From Thermoanaerobaculia bacterium (GTDB taxonomy: Bacteria > Acidobacteriota > Thermoanaerobaculia > Multivoradales > Multivoraceae), in assembly GCA_963664405.1 (NCBI GenBank), contig OY761158.1:608001-672000 (forward strand): DNA of 64,000 bases, given 5' to 3'. The position numbers and the translations under genes are program-made. This document shows positions 29,178-40,346 of this stretch, piece by piece; positions within the stretch are counted from its first letter, which is position 1; every line of letters begins with the position of its first letter. The notes under the pieces are model-generated. The model made no database searches, was not told where the DNA came from, and worked only from the letters and a program-made list of their open reading frames with translations.

Positions 29178-29936
29178 ATGAGCAGCAGGAAAGCCTCCGC
29201 CGTTGTACTGCTCGTCGCCGCTCTGGGCGCCGGCGCCAGCGCTTGTGGGCGGGCACCCGACAGCGGCCCCGAAACCCAACGTCCGACCCATGGCCTCGAT
29301 CAAGGGCAGGTGATGATCCGCGTTCATCTCGGAGGCGATGAGATACCGTCGCCAACCCGCATCGAGAACACGACCGACCCAGATATCTGTGGCGTCAGCC
29401 ATTCGCTCGAAGATCTTTCCGTCGACAGAGAGACACGGGGGATTCGCGACGTCTTTGTATCCCTCGACCCCGGCCCCCTCGCCGCCGAGGCGTCGATGGA
29501 GACCGTCAACGAGATCTCCCTAGAGCTCGCCAATCAAGGCTGCCGCTTCGAGCCCCACGCCGCGGCCGTGACTGTAGGCACGATTCTCGAGACCACCAAT
29601 CGCGACTCGGTTCTCCACACTGTTCACATCTACGGTCCGAGGGAGATCAATCTCGCCCTGCCCCTGGAGGGCTCGAGCGCCGAGTACCGCCTGACCGAGC
29701 CCGGCCTCTACGTCATCAAATGCGATGTGCACGGCTGGATGCAGGCCTTCGTCCGAGTCGACGAGCACCCCTACCACGGGGTCACCGATGGGGCCGGAGC
29801 CCTCCTGATCACCGGGATCCCAGCGGGCGACTACCCTCTCGAGGCCTGGCACGAGCGACTCGGTGGCCAAGAGATGCGAGTCCAGGTCAGGTCTGGAGAG
29901 ACAACCGAGATCGAAATCGAGTACGGTTCTCTCTGA
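29178..29936 (+). CDS. Lipoprotein with cupredoxin-like and carboxypeptidase-regulatory-like domains
   Basis: ASAC lipobox; CRFEPH, HTVH, KCDVHGWM; PAGDYPLEAWHE. Confidence 0.75.
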   Translation: MSSRKASAVVLLVAALGAGASACGRAPDSGPETQRPTHGLDQGQVMIRVHLGGDEIPSPTRIENTTDPDICGVSHSLEDLSVDRETRGIRDVFVSLDPGPLAAEASMETVNEISLELANQGCRFEPHAAAVTVGTILETTNRDSVLHTVHIYGPREINLALPLEGSSAEYRLTEPGLYVIKCDVHGWMQAFVRVDEHPYHGVTDGAGALLITGIPAGDYPLEAWHERLGGQEMRVQVRSGETTEIEIEYGSL

Positions 29937-29961
29937 CAAACCACCATTCCGGGAGCGAACC

Positions 29962-30690
29962 ATGTACCGAGTACGAAAAAATCTCCTCAGCGTCGGCCTA
30001 GTGCTCATCAGCCCCGTGCTGGCGGGCCAGGAGTCGAGCTTGCGAAACCAGCCTGGCGCCGACTCGATGAGTCTCTACACGCCGGAGCAGCACGACCTCT
30101 ACGACGGCCATTTCGTGATCTCGGCCGGGAAGATGCACCAGATCGGCAGGTTGTCCGACCCTCCGGGGTGGAACCACATGGGCAACGATGCCTCCAATGT
30201 GCGTGCGATTGGAGGCAGTGCAGAGATCGATGTCGACGAGAAAGCGAATACAGGTACCTTCATCGCACGCCTACGCGTGCCCGAGGGACAGATGGTCATC
30301 GAGCTCGAGCGTTTTATCGAGTCCAACCCCTGTCAAGACGGCGGAGTGGCCGCCTTTATCTACGAGCACGGCGATGCCGGCTGCGGCGACACCAACTGGC
30401 CCAAGACCCTGATCTACGTTGCCGGGTGGGGGTTGGGCAGCGCCACCTTGAACGGTGAGAAGCTCTACGAGGACTATCAGATCCACTTCATGGTCACGCA
30501 GGGCATGCGCGACCGCAAGACCCTGAAGACCAGTTACCCGATGCTCGACAAGAAGTCTCGCGCCGGGGCGGTCAATCCCGCCACTCAGCAGCTCGATTTC
30601 TTCATTCGAAGCCCGGAGACCGACGAGCGAAACAACCCCACCCGTAAGGTCTTCGACCACTTCTTCGCCATGGAAGTGACGTGGAAGTAG
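29962..30690 (+). CDS. Hypothetical exported protein
   Basis: GGGAG RBS, signal peptide, GC3-biased codons. Confidence 0.75.
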   Translation: MYRVRKNLLSVGLVLISPVLAGQESSLRNQPGADSMSLYTPEQHDLYDGHFVISAGKMHQIGRLSDPPGWNHMGNDASNVRAIGGSAEIDVDEKANTGTFIARLRVPEGQMVIELERFIESNPCQDGGVAAFIYEHGDAGCGDTNWPKTLIYVAGWGLGSATLNGEKLYEDYQIHFMVTQGMRDRKTLKTSYPMLDKKSRAGAVNPATQQLDFFIRSPETDERNNPTRKVFDHFFAMEVTWK

Positions 30691-30904
30691 CAGATAGCGG
30701 CCGCTGCGGGCCGCTGCGTAGCTTTCCGTCCTAGCGAAAGAAGTTGGAGCGGTTCTCCCGTACTTCTCGCATATATAGGTGTGAAGGAGACCAGGCGTGA
30801 AGCCGGGTCTCGAAGATAGTGCCCCGCCCTGTTGGCAAGGTACCACCCGACAGCAGGTAGGGTCATCCGGCATCGAGCCGATCAGCTACCCGCAGTTCCC
30901 TATC

Positions 30905-33057
<2,153 letters not shown>

Positions 33058-33191
33058 ATCCCCTCCGAGAAGACTATTGGTTGCAGGTACTGCGCGGCTT
33101 CCGGGACGAGCCGGCTGTAGCAGAGCACTTGATACCATGCCTTCAGCCGCTGGGCGAATTCGAGCCATCTACCGCAATCCCGGGAGAGAAC

Positions 33192-33836
33192 ATGAGCGAG
33201 CCAAAGGCACCCGAAGCCGCACTTCGGGTTGCCCATCTGATCGTCTACTCCGACTACCTCTGACCCTGGTGCCTGGTCGCAGCGGTCCGGCTGCGAGAGT
33301 TGAAAGAGGAGCTCGGAGAGAGCCTCCGGGTGACTTGGAAGAGCTTTCTTCTCCGCCCAAGGCCCGCCACGCATCCGCGCACGCTGGAGAAATTCAAGCG
33401 CTACACCGAGTCCTGGCGAGCTCCGGCGGCCGAAGAACCTGCGGCCGGGTTCAAGATCTGGTTTACCGAGGAAGGTCCTCCCTCCCACAGCCTGCCGCCC
33501 CACCAGGTCGCCAAGGCGGCGGCGCGCATCGGACAGGAGGCCTTCACTTCGATCCACGATCTTCTTCTCGACGCCTACTTTCGCCGCAGCCGAGATATCA
33601 GTAGCGAAGCGACTCTGCGCGAGCTCTGGCAGGAAGCGAATCTTCCGGCGGATAGCTTCTCCGATTGGCAGGACCCGGAGATCCTGCGCTCCATCGAGGA
33701 AGAGTTTCGGGAAGCCCTCGAGAACGGGGCGGGCGGAGCGCCGGCGGTGCGAATGGACGGCAACTACAGCGTCGTCATGGGCGCCCAGCCCACCGAAGTC
33801 TATCGACGCTGGATCAAGCGCATCCTACGGAAGTGA
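33192..33836 (+). CDS. DsbA/FrnE-like thioredoxin-fold oxidoreductase, probable selenoprotein (UPWC)
   Basis: ATG 33192 with GGGAGAG RBS; VYSDYL-TGA-PWC in frame with the downstream 178-aa ORF; C-terminal GAPAV and GAQP motifs; hairpin immediately 3' of the TGA. Confidence 0.88.
33277..33296 (+). promoter_or_regulatory. Putative bacterial SECIS element
   Basis: Stem tcgcagc/gctgcga with loop GGUCCG. The loop begins 20 nt after the UGA and starts with G, consistent with the bacterial SECIS model. Confidence 0.7.
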
Positions 33837-34132
33837 TCAATATCACTTCCTCCGGATGCGAACATGGCGCCGAGGACGGCGCATTCTACGGAAGTGATCA
33901 ATATCACTTCCTCCGGATGCGAACATGGCGCCGAGGACGGCGCATCCTACGGAAGTGATCAATATCACTTCCTCCGGATGCGAACATGGCGCCGAGGACG
34001 GCGCATTCTACGGAAGTGATCAATATCACTTCCTCCGGATGCGGAACATGGCGCCGAGGACGGCGCATCCTACCGAAGTGATCAGTATCACTCCCTCCGG
34101 ATGCGGAACATGGCGCCGAGGACGGCGCATTC
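33819..34132. repeat. Tandem array, 5 x 61-62-bp REP-like units plus a partial unit
   Basis: Units start at 33819, 33880, 33941, 34002, 34064 and (partial) 34126. The minus strand reads GTAG-RA-TGCGCCGTCCTCGGCGC. Confidence 0.93.
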
Positions 34133-34139
34133 GGATCTC

Positions 34140-35069
34140 CTAACCGGCGGAGCGGGCAGCCTCGAGAGCGGGCTTGGCGTCACGTAGGGCCTGGACGTGC
34201 TCGGGGCCGGTGCCGCAGCAGCCGCCGAGCAGGCGAACCCCTGACGCCACCCATGTCAAAGCTTCGGCAACCAGATCCTGCGGCGAGACAACGTCGACGA
34301 AGCTCCAGTTGGGCTTCGTGAAGTAGCCCGACTCCGGGTAGACACCGATCGGGGCCCTCCAACGCTCGCGGACCAACTTCAGGGCGTCGTCGACCGACTC
34401 GATCTCACAGTGCATGAGATTGACCACCGTCGGCGCCATCGGAATCAAGGTGTCGAGCACGACGGCGAAGTCGAGCTGGGGATGATCGAAAGCGACGAGG
34501 CCTCCGTGCTCGGGATGGCGTCTGCAGCTCAGGCCCAGCCAGACCGGAAGGCCGGTCTCCAAGGCAGCCCTCATCGCCAACGGGGCGTGTACCGGCTCTT
34601 CCATCATCTCCAAGGCGATCAGATCGACTCCGGCATCCGCAAGAATCCCCGCCAGCTCCCGATAGACCTCGAGCTCGTCCTCGGGGTTGGGGAAGGCGCT
34701 GCGATCAAAGTGTGCCGGCATTGCCGAGATCGACCCAGCGATCGCGACCGACTTCTTGGCCGTGCTCTCGCGTGCCTCGATCGCCACTTCGACCGCGCGT
34801 TGATTGATCGCCCTCACCTCGTCGCCCAGTCCGGCGCCTTCGAGCATCTGTCGGGTCGTACCGAAAGTGTTGGTGACAATCACCTCGGCGCCGGCGCGTA
34901 TGTAGTCCTCATGGACCTCTCGTACCACCCTGGCGTGAGTGTGCATTCCCGCTCCGCTCCAAGTCGCCTCGTCCATCGGTACGCCTCGGCGCTGAAGCTC
35001 GGTCCCCGTACCTCCGTCGAGAAGAACGATGTGGTCGGCTTCGAGACGTTTCAACCAATCCCTGGACAT
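34140..35069 (-). CDS. Homocysteine S-methyltransferase family protein
   Basis: LLDGGTGTEL, HEDYIRAGAEVIVTNTF, GVYP, GGCCGTGPEH. Start at ATG 35069. Confidence 0.92.
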   Translation of the reverse strand: MSRDWLKRLEADHIVLLDGGTGTELQRRGVPMDEATWSGAGMHTHARVVREVHEDYIRAGAEVIVTNTFGTTRQMLEGAGLGDEVRAINQRAVEVAIEARESTAKKSVAIAGSISAMPAHFDRSAFPNPEDELEVYRELAGILADAGVDLIALEMMEEPVHAPLAMRAALETGLPVWLGLSCRRHPEHGGLVAFDHPQLDFAVVLDTLIPMAPTVVNLMHCEIESVDDALKLVRERWRAPIGVYPESGYFTKPNWSFVDVVSPQDLVAEALTWVASGVRLLGGCCGTGPEHVQALRDAKPALEAARSAG

Positions 35070-35129
35070 GAGCGGTTCACCTGTCGAGTCGGCGCCTAGC
35101 ACCGTATCAAGGGTATAGTTTCGCCGCTC

Positions 35130-36041
35130 ATGACCGGAATCGAGCTCGAAGATCGCCAGATCGGATGCGCACGGATTCTCTTTGGTGAGAACAACGGTAA
35201 GTACCCTGACGCGAATTGCGTGCTGGTCGAGGGAGCCACGGAACGCGTGCTTCTGGACACCACGCCAGGACTCGTTCAACGTGGCCACGAAGCCGTAGAT
35301 CCCATCGACCGCATTCTTCTCACTCACTGCCACGAAGACCATCTGGCCGGGAATTTCCTCTTTCCGGAAGCTCAGGTCCATCTTCACGAGGCCGACCATC
35401 CCGGCATCGTCTCGCTCGAAGCGATGCTCGATATCTATGGGATGGAAGGGCCCCGCCGAAGCCGCTTCGCCAAGGTCTTGACCGAGACATTTCACTTCGT
35501 CCCCTGCCCCGAAGCCAAGTGCTTTCGGGAAGGAGACGTCTTCGATCTCGGCGGCGGTGTCACCATCGAGGTGGTGCACACGCCCGGTCACACTCCTGGC
35601 CATTGCGCGCTCTGGATTCGGCCGGCGGACATCCTCTTCCTTGGCGATATCGATCTATCCAGCTTCGGCCCCTTCTATGGAGACGTGTGGTCGAGTCTGG
35701 AAGACTTCACGGTCAGCCTCGACAAAGTCGCTGCTCTCGAGGCGCGCTATTACCTGAGCTCTCATCACGTCGGCCTGCTCGATGGTCGAGACTCGTTTCT
35801 CGAGCGGCTCGGCCGCTACAAGGCCAAACTTCTGGATCGCGAAAGTCGGATGGTCGAGTTCCTCGCCGAGCCCAGAAGCCTGGACGAGATCGCCGCTCAT
35901 CGCTTCGTCTACCGACCCGGGGACAAGATCGACAATGCCGAGCTAGTCGAGAGGACGATGATGGGCCAGCACATCGAGAAGCTGCACCGCATCGGCAAAG
36001 TCGAAGAAGTCGAGCCCGGGCGTTACCGCAGCGTAAACTGA
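35130..36041 (+). CDS. MBL-fold metallo-hydrolase
   Basis: THCHEDH, TPGHTPGH, GD, SH. Confidence 0.9.
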   Translation: MTGIELEDRQIGCARILFGENNGKYPDANCVLVEGATERVLLDTTPGLVQRGHEAVDPIDRILLTHCHEDHLAGNFLFPEAQVHLHEADHPGIVSLEAMLDIYGMEGPRRSRFAKVLTETFHFVPCPEAKCFREGDVFDLGGGVTIEVVHTPGHTPGHCALWIRPADILFLGDIDLSSFGPFYGDVWSSLEDFTVSLDKVAALEARYYLSSHHVGLLDGRDSFLERLGRYKAKLLDRESRMVEFLAEPRSLDEIAAHRFVYRPGDKIDNAELVERTMMGQHIEKLHRIGKVEEVEPGRYRSVN

Positions 36042-36071
36042 GACCTCGGCCGGCGGGCAAGGAGGAAGAGG

Positions 36072-36827
36072 ATGTATCTCGATCGTGATGGCGTTCATAT
36101 CTGGTACGAGGTCGAGGGCGACGGCGAGCTGATTCTGCTCAGCCACGGCTACTCTTCTACGGGGCTGATGTGGGAGCGCCAGACAGCCGCCTTCTCCGAC
36201 CGCTACCGGGTGGCGTCGTGGGACATGAGAGGCCACGGCCGCAGCGATTATCCGAAAAACGTCGAAGCCTACTCGGAGGAGGCCACGGTCGCGGATATGG
36301 CCGCAATCCTCGACCAATGCGAGGTCGAGATCGCGTGGATCGGCGGCCTCTCCCTGGGCGGCTACATGTCGCTCGCCTTCCACCACAGACATCCAGAGCG
36401 AGTGCGAGGCCTCCTTCTCTTCGATACCGGGCCTGGCTACAAGAGCGACGAGGCACGTGACGGCTGGAACCGGAACACGAATGCGCAGGCGGACGCCCTC
36501 GAGACCGAGGGTCTAGCCGCTCTTCGCTCCAGCCGCGAAGTGCGGGCCCGAAACCACCGAGGGGCACGGGGCCTGGCGAACGCGGCCCGAGGCATGCTGG
36601 CCCAAAGGGACGATCGAATCATCCAGTCTCTTCCCTCCATCCGAGTACCGGCTTTGGTCCTGGTGGGGTCTCGAGACAAGCCCTTTCTCGGCGCAACCGA
36701 CTACATGGTCAAGAAGATCCCCAACGCGACCAAGGCCACCATCGAAGACGCCGGGCACGCCTCCAATATCGACCAGCCCCAAGCGTTCAACGATGCAATG
36801 AGCTCTTTCCTCTCGAGTGTGAAGTGA
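36072..36827 (+). CDS. Alpha/beta-fold hydrolase
   Basis: HG, DMRGHGRS, GLSLGG nucleophile elbow, AGH. Confidence 0.92.
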   Translation: MYLDRDGVHIWYEVEGDGELILLSHGYSSTGLMWERQTAAFSDRYRVASWDMRGHGRSDYPKNVEAYSEEATVADMAAILDQCEVEIAWIGGLSLGGYMSLAFHHRHPERVRGLLLFDTGPGYKSDEARDGWNRNTNAQADALETEGLAALRSSREVRARNHRGARGLANAARGMLAQRDDRIIQSLPSIRVPALVLVGSRDKPFLGATDYMVKKIPNATKATIEDAGHASNIDQPQAFNDAMSSFLSSVK

Positions 36828-36834
36828 GAATGCG

Positions 36835-37094
36835 GTGCAGCTGGCACAAGCCAACATCGCCCGCATGCTCTACCCCCGCGACGCAGTGCGCACGCACTTC
36901 CCTTCAAGAGCCGACAGAGCTGGTTCGAGCCCTCGCAGCGACCGATGAACGTGCTCTGGTGGGTCGCTGTCGGCCATCAACCGGACGCCGAAGAGGCTGA
37001 AGAGCGCTTTCGGATTCTGTGGAAGGCAGGACCCAGCGCCGAAGGCTTTACCTTCAGATCAGCCGCTCAGTACGCTAGGTCGCTAAGCGGCTGA
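36835..37094 (+). pseudogene. DUF3291-like gene remnant with internal deletion and frameshift
   Basis: N-terminal VQLAQANIARMLYP joins out of frame to SAH...RQSWFE...VLWWVAVGHQP...GPSAEGFTF. The central region is missing. Confidence 0.7.
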
Positions 37095-38058
37095 GGCCCC
37101 CGCCGTCCTCGATGGCGTGGTGGTAGGCCATCCACAGAAAGAACTGGATCCCCACGATCACGCTGGCGAGAAACAGGTGCAGCGGTTGTAGCAGCGCCGG
37201 GAAGCCCGCGTAGTAGAGAACCGCCCCGCTCACGACCTCCAGGGTCGTGGTCACTACCAGAAGCACGGCCCATTTACGTAGAGGGCTCGGCGGGGACGCA
37301 TCTCGCAGAAAACGACGCGCCAGCAGTCCGTTCGCCACCAAGACGACCAGAGAGAACGAGCGGTGGAACAAGACGACGAACCCAAGCTCAGCTGCCCAGG
37401 TGCCTCTGGCACTCTCGGCCGACACCATGAGGACGTCGATCTCCTCGCGCACCTGAGTACCCAGAACCACCTGTATCAACGACAGCCCGACCACGATCGC
37501 CAACAGAGAGACCGTGCCTCTTTCCCGCTGCAGGCTCGCCGCCGCCAATTCTTCTCGCCGCGAGCGGCCCATCGCCAACAGTAGAGTCGCCACCACCAGC
37601 AAGGCGACGATCAGGTGCAGAGTAACCACCCATGGAGTCAGATTACTCTTGACCACCACCGCCCCCAGCCAGCCCTCGAAAGCAACAAGGACGAAGGCCG
37701 CCGCAGACCACCAGACGACAACTCGATCGAGCTTCCAGTAGCTCCACCAGCTCGCCACTAGGGTCGCGAAGATGAGGAGACCGATGAGAACTCCGAGGAG
37801 TCGATTGAGATACTCGGTCCACGTCTTGGTGACATTGAAGCGAGTCTCTCCATAGCCGTGTTCGGCGTAGATCTCTTGATAGTCGGCGGGCAGCTGAGAC
37901 TCGCTCGTGGGCGGCACCCAGCGACCGAAACAGGTCGGCCAGTCAGGGCAGCCCATGCCCGCCCCGCTCGCACGCACCAGACCTCCCACCAGGATCAGAA
38001 GGTATACCGCCGCAACGGTAACAATCGCCAGCCTACGGAAGCCGCGATCACTTCTCAT
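37075..38058 (-). CDS. ctaA: Heme A synthase (COX15/CtaA family)
   Basis: GGLVRASGAGMGCPDWPTCFG, EYLNR and conserved His residues in TM helices. Confidence 0.88.
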   Translation of the reverse strand: MRSDRGFRRLAIVTVAAVYLLILVGGLVRASGAGMGCPDWPTCFGRWVPPTSESQLPADYQEIYAEHGYGETRFNVTKTWTEYLNRLLGVLIGLLIFATLVASWWSYWKLDRVVVWWSAAAFVLVAFEGWLGAVVVKSNLTPWVVTLHLIVALLVVATLLLAMGRSRREELAAASLQRERGTVSLLAIVVGLSLIQVVLGTQVREEIDVLMVSAESARGTWAAELGFVVLFHRSFSLVVLVANGLLARRFLRDASPPSPLRKWAVLLVVTTTLEVVSGAVLYYAGFPALLQPLHLFLASVIVGIQFFLWMAYHHAIEDGGGLSRLAT

Positions 38059-39685
38059 TCGCGGAGCTCAGGCTGTGGTCCTTGAACTGTTCGCGTAGCG
38101 CCGTTTTGAGGATCTTGCCGGTAGCGGTATGAGGAATCTCGTCGACAAAGACCACCTCGTCGGGCATCCACCACTTGGCGATCTTCCCCTTCATATAGCC
38201 GAGGATGTCGTCGCCACTCACACTCGACCCCTCGACAAGAACGATGATGAGAAGAGGGCGCTCATCCCACTTCGGATGGACCACCCCGATCACCGCCGCC
38301 TCCGCCACCTCCGGATGCCCTACCGCCACGTTCTCGAGCTCGATCGACGAGATCCACTCGCCGCCCGACTTGATGACATCCTTGGATCGGTCGGTGATCT
38401 GCATGAAGCCCATCTCGTCGATGGTGGCGACGTCGCCGGTATCGAAGAAGCCCTCCTGGTCCAGAATCTCGCCCCCGTCGCCCTTCAGATAGGAACCCGA
38501 GATCGCAGGCCCGCGGACCACCAGATGGCCGAAAGCCTCGCCGTCGCGAGGCAGCTCACGGCCATCGTCGTCGAGGATCTTCATCTCGACCGTATAGGGA
38601 GGCCGGCCCTGCTTGAGCTTGTAGCCCAGCTGCTCCTCGGCGGGTAGATCGGCCATCCCCGCCTTGAAGGAGGCCAGCGTTCCCAGCGGACTCATCTCCG
38701 TCATTCCCCATGCGTGCAAGACCCGCACTCCGTAGTCGCGCTCGAACTTCTCGATCATCGAGCGGGGACACGCCGACCCACCGATAGCCACCCGGTCGAG
38801 GCTGTGCAGGGTCTTGCCCTCACTCTCCAGAAACTGGAGGAGCATCAGCCACACTGTCGGCACGGCGGCGGTAAAGCTGACCTCTTCGCTCTCCAGGAGC
38901 TCGTGAATCGAGGCCCCGTCCATCTGCGACCCCGGCATGACCAGCTTGGCGCCGCACATCGGCGCCGCAAAAGCGATCGCCCACGCGTTGGCGTGGAACA
39001 TCGGGACTACCGGCATCACCGAGTCTGTCGATTTCATATCGAAGCCGTCACCGGTGTTGACAGCGAGAGCGTGGATCACGTTCGAGCGATGAGAGTAGAG
39101 AACTCCCTTCGGGTTTCCGGTCGTCCCCGAGGTGTAGCAAAGACCACAGGCATCGTTCTCATCCACGGCTACCCAGTCGAAGTCTTCACTCTCCTCTGCG
39201 AGCAGATCCTCGTAACAGTGAACGTTTCGCAGGGTCGTCTCCGGCATGTGCTCGCGATCGGTCATCAGTACGTAGCCCTCGATTGCCGGGCACTCGTCCT
39301 GGATTCCCTCTACGATCGAGACGAAGCTGGTGTCGAGAAGTAGGAATTTGTCTTCCGCATGATTGGCGATGTAGACCATCTGCTCCTTGAAGAGACGCGG
39401 GTTCAAGGTGTGGCACACCGCGCCACTGCCCATGATCGCGTACCAGACCTCCATGTGGCGATGGGTGTTCCACGCCATTGTCGCCACCACATCCCCGCGG
39501 CCGACACCCAGACGGGCAAGAGCGTTGGCGCAGCGCTTGGAGCGCCTGTAGAGATCGGCGTAGGTGCAACGGTGAATCGGACCCTCGACGGTACGAGTCA
39601 CCACTTCGCGCTCGCCATGCCACTCATTCGCGTGGTCGAGAATCGTGCTCACCAGCAGCGGCCAGTCCTGCATCAAGCCTTTCAT
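38048..39685 (-). CDS. Acyl-CoA synthetase (medium/long-chain, DmdB/AlkK-like)
   Basis: [41 protein letters not shown]. Confidence 0.93.
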   Translation of the reverse strand: MKGLMQDWPLLVSTILDHANEWHGEREVVTRTVEGPIHRCTYADLYRRSKRCANALARLGVGRGDVVATMAWNTHRHMEVWYAIMGSGAVCHTLNPRLFKEQMVYIANHAEDKFLLLDTSFVSIVEGIQDECPAIEGYVLMTDREHMPETTLRNVHCYEDLLAEESEDFDWVAVDENDACGLCYTSGTTGNPKGVLYSHRSNVIHALAVNTGDGFDMKSTDSVMPVVPMFHANAWAIAFAAPMCGAKLVMPGSQMDGASIHELLESEEVSFTAAVPTVWLMLLQFLESEGKTLHSLDRVAIGGSACPRSMIEKFERDYGVRVLHAWGMTEMSPLGTLASFKAGMADLPAEEQLGYKLKQGRPPYTVEMKILDDDGRELPRDGEAFGHLVVRGPAISGSYLKGDGGEILDQEGFFDTGDVATIDEMGFMQITDRSKDVIKSGGEWISSIELENVAVGHPEVAEAAVIGVVHPKWDERPLLIIVLVEGSSVSGDDILGYMKGKIAKWWMPDEVVFVDEIPHTATGKILKTALREQFKDHSLSSANEK

Positions 39686-39699
39686 CGCCGATCCCTCCT

Positions 39700-40248
39700 T
39701 CAAAGCCCGAAGCTCAGGCTGAGCACGATCGAGTTCGCGCCCGGGTTGAATTCATAGAGAACGGCGTTGGACAGATGGTAGAAGTCCAAGCCGACGAGGA
39801 TCCTCTCCTTGATTCGATAGGCCAGCTCGAGGCCGGAGCGAAACTCCACCGACCCGCCGAGATCTTGTCCGGCTCCCTCGTCGTACCAGCCCGCGGCCAG
39901 ATGCGGTGTCAGGCGCCAGCGCTGACCCAGAGGCACTTGCAACCGGAACCCACTGTGCAAATAGTAGACCTCCTCGCTCGCCGTGCCCAGAACGCCAAAG
40001 GCAGGGATGAGCTCTCCCCATGAAGGGTGCCACAGCTCGATCGTGTCGAGGCGAACCTCGAATCCGACAACCACCGGCCCATCGACGTAAGAATGCTCGG
40101 TGTTGTAGCGACCCGCATGCACCGAAAACTCGGCCGCCTGGCCCATCTCCGCCCCTGAGACCAACGCCGCGAACGCAATAATGGTGCTCGCCACCACACT
40201 CTTGAGCCCCCCTCGCCTCTTACCCACCCTCGGCTCTCCAGATGACAT
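39700..40248 (-). CDS. Outer-membrane acyloxyacyl hydrolase (PagL-like)
   Basis: DLGGSVEFRSGLE, HLSNA, NPG; beta-barrel pattern. Start uncertain. Confidence 0.8.
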   Translation of the reverse strand: MSSGEPRVGKRRGGLKSVVASTIIAFAALVSGAEMGQAAEFSVHAGRYNTEHSYVDGPVVVGFEVRLDTIELWHPSWGELIPAFGVLGTASEEVYYLHSGFRLQVPLGQRWRLTPHLAAGWYDEGAGQDLGGSVEFRSGLELAYRIKERILVGLDFYHLSNAVLYEFNPGANSIVLSLSFGL

Positions 40249-40346
40249 GTTTCCGACCAAGGCCCGCAGCGGCGGGATTATGACAGAGCCACGGGCGATG
40301 ACTCGCGAGCTTCCTACTCGAGCCTGGCGAGCCCCCAGCTCGACGC

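Noticed and set aside
30691-30904. Intergenic region as a possible ncRNA
   Set aside because: Only a short GC hairpin near 30697-30716 and no recognisable RNA family features.
33819-34132. Possible CRISPR array; short repeat-encoded ORFs (33665-33958, 33925-34143)
   Set aside because: No variable spacers. The ORFs are translations of the tandem repeat.
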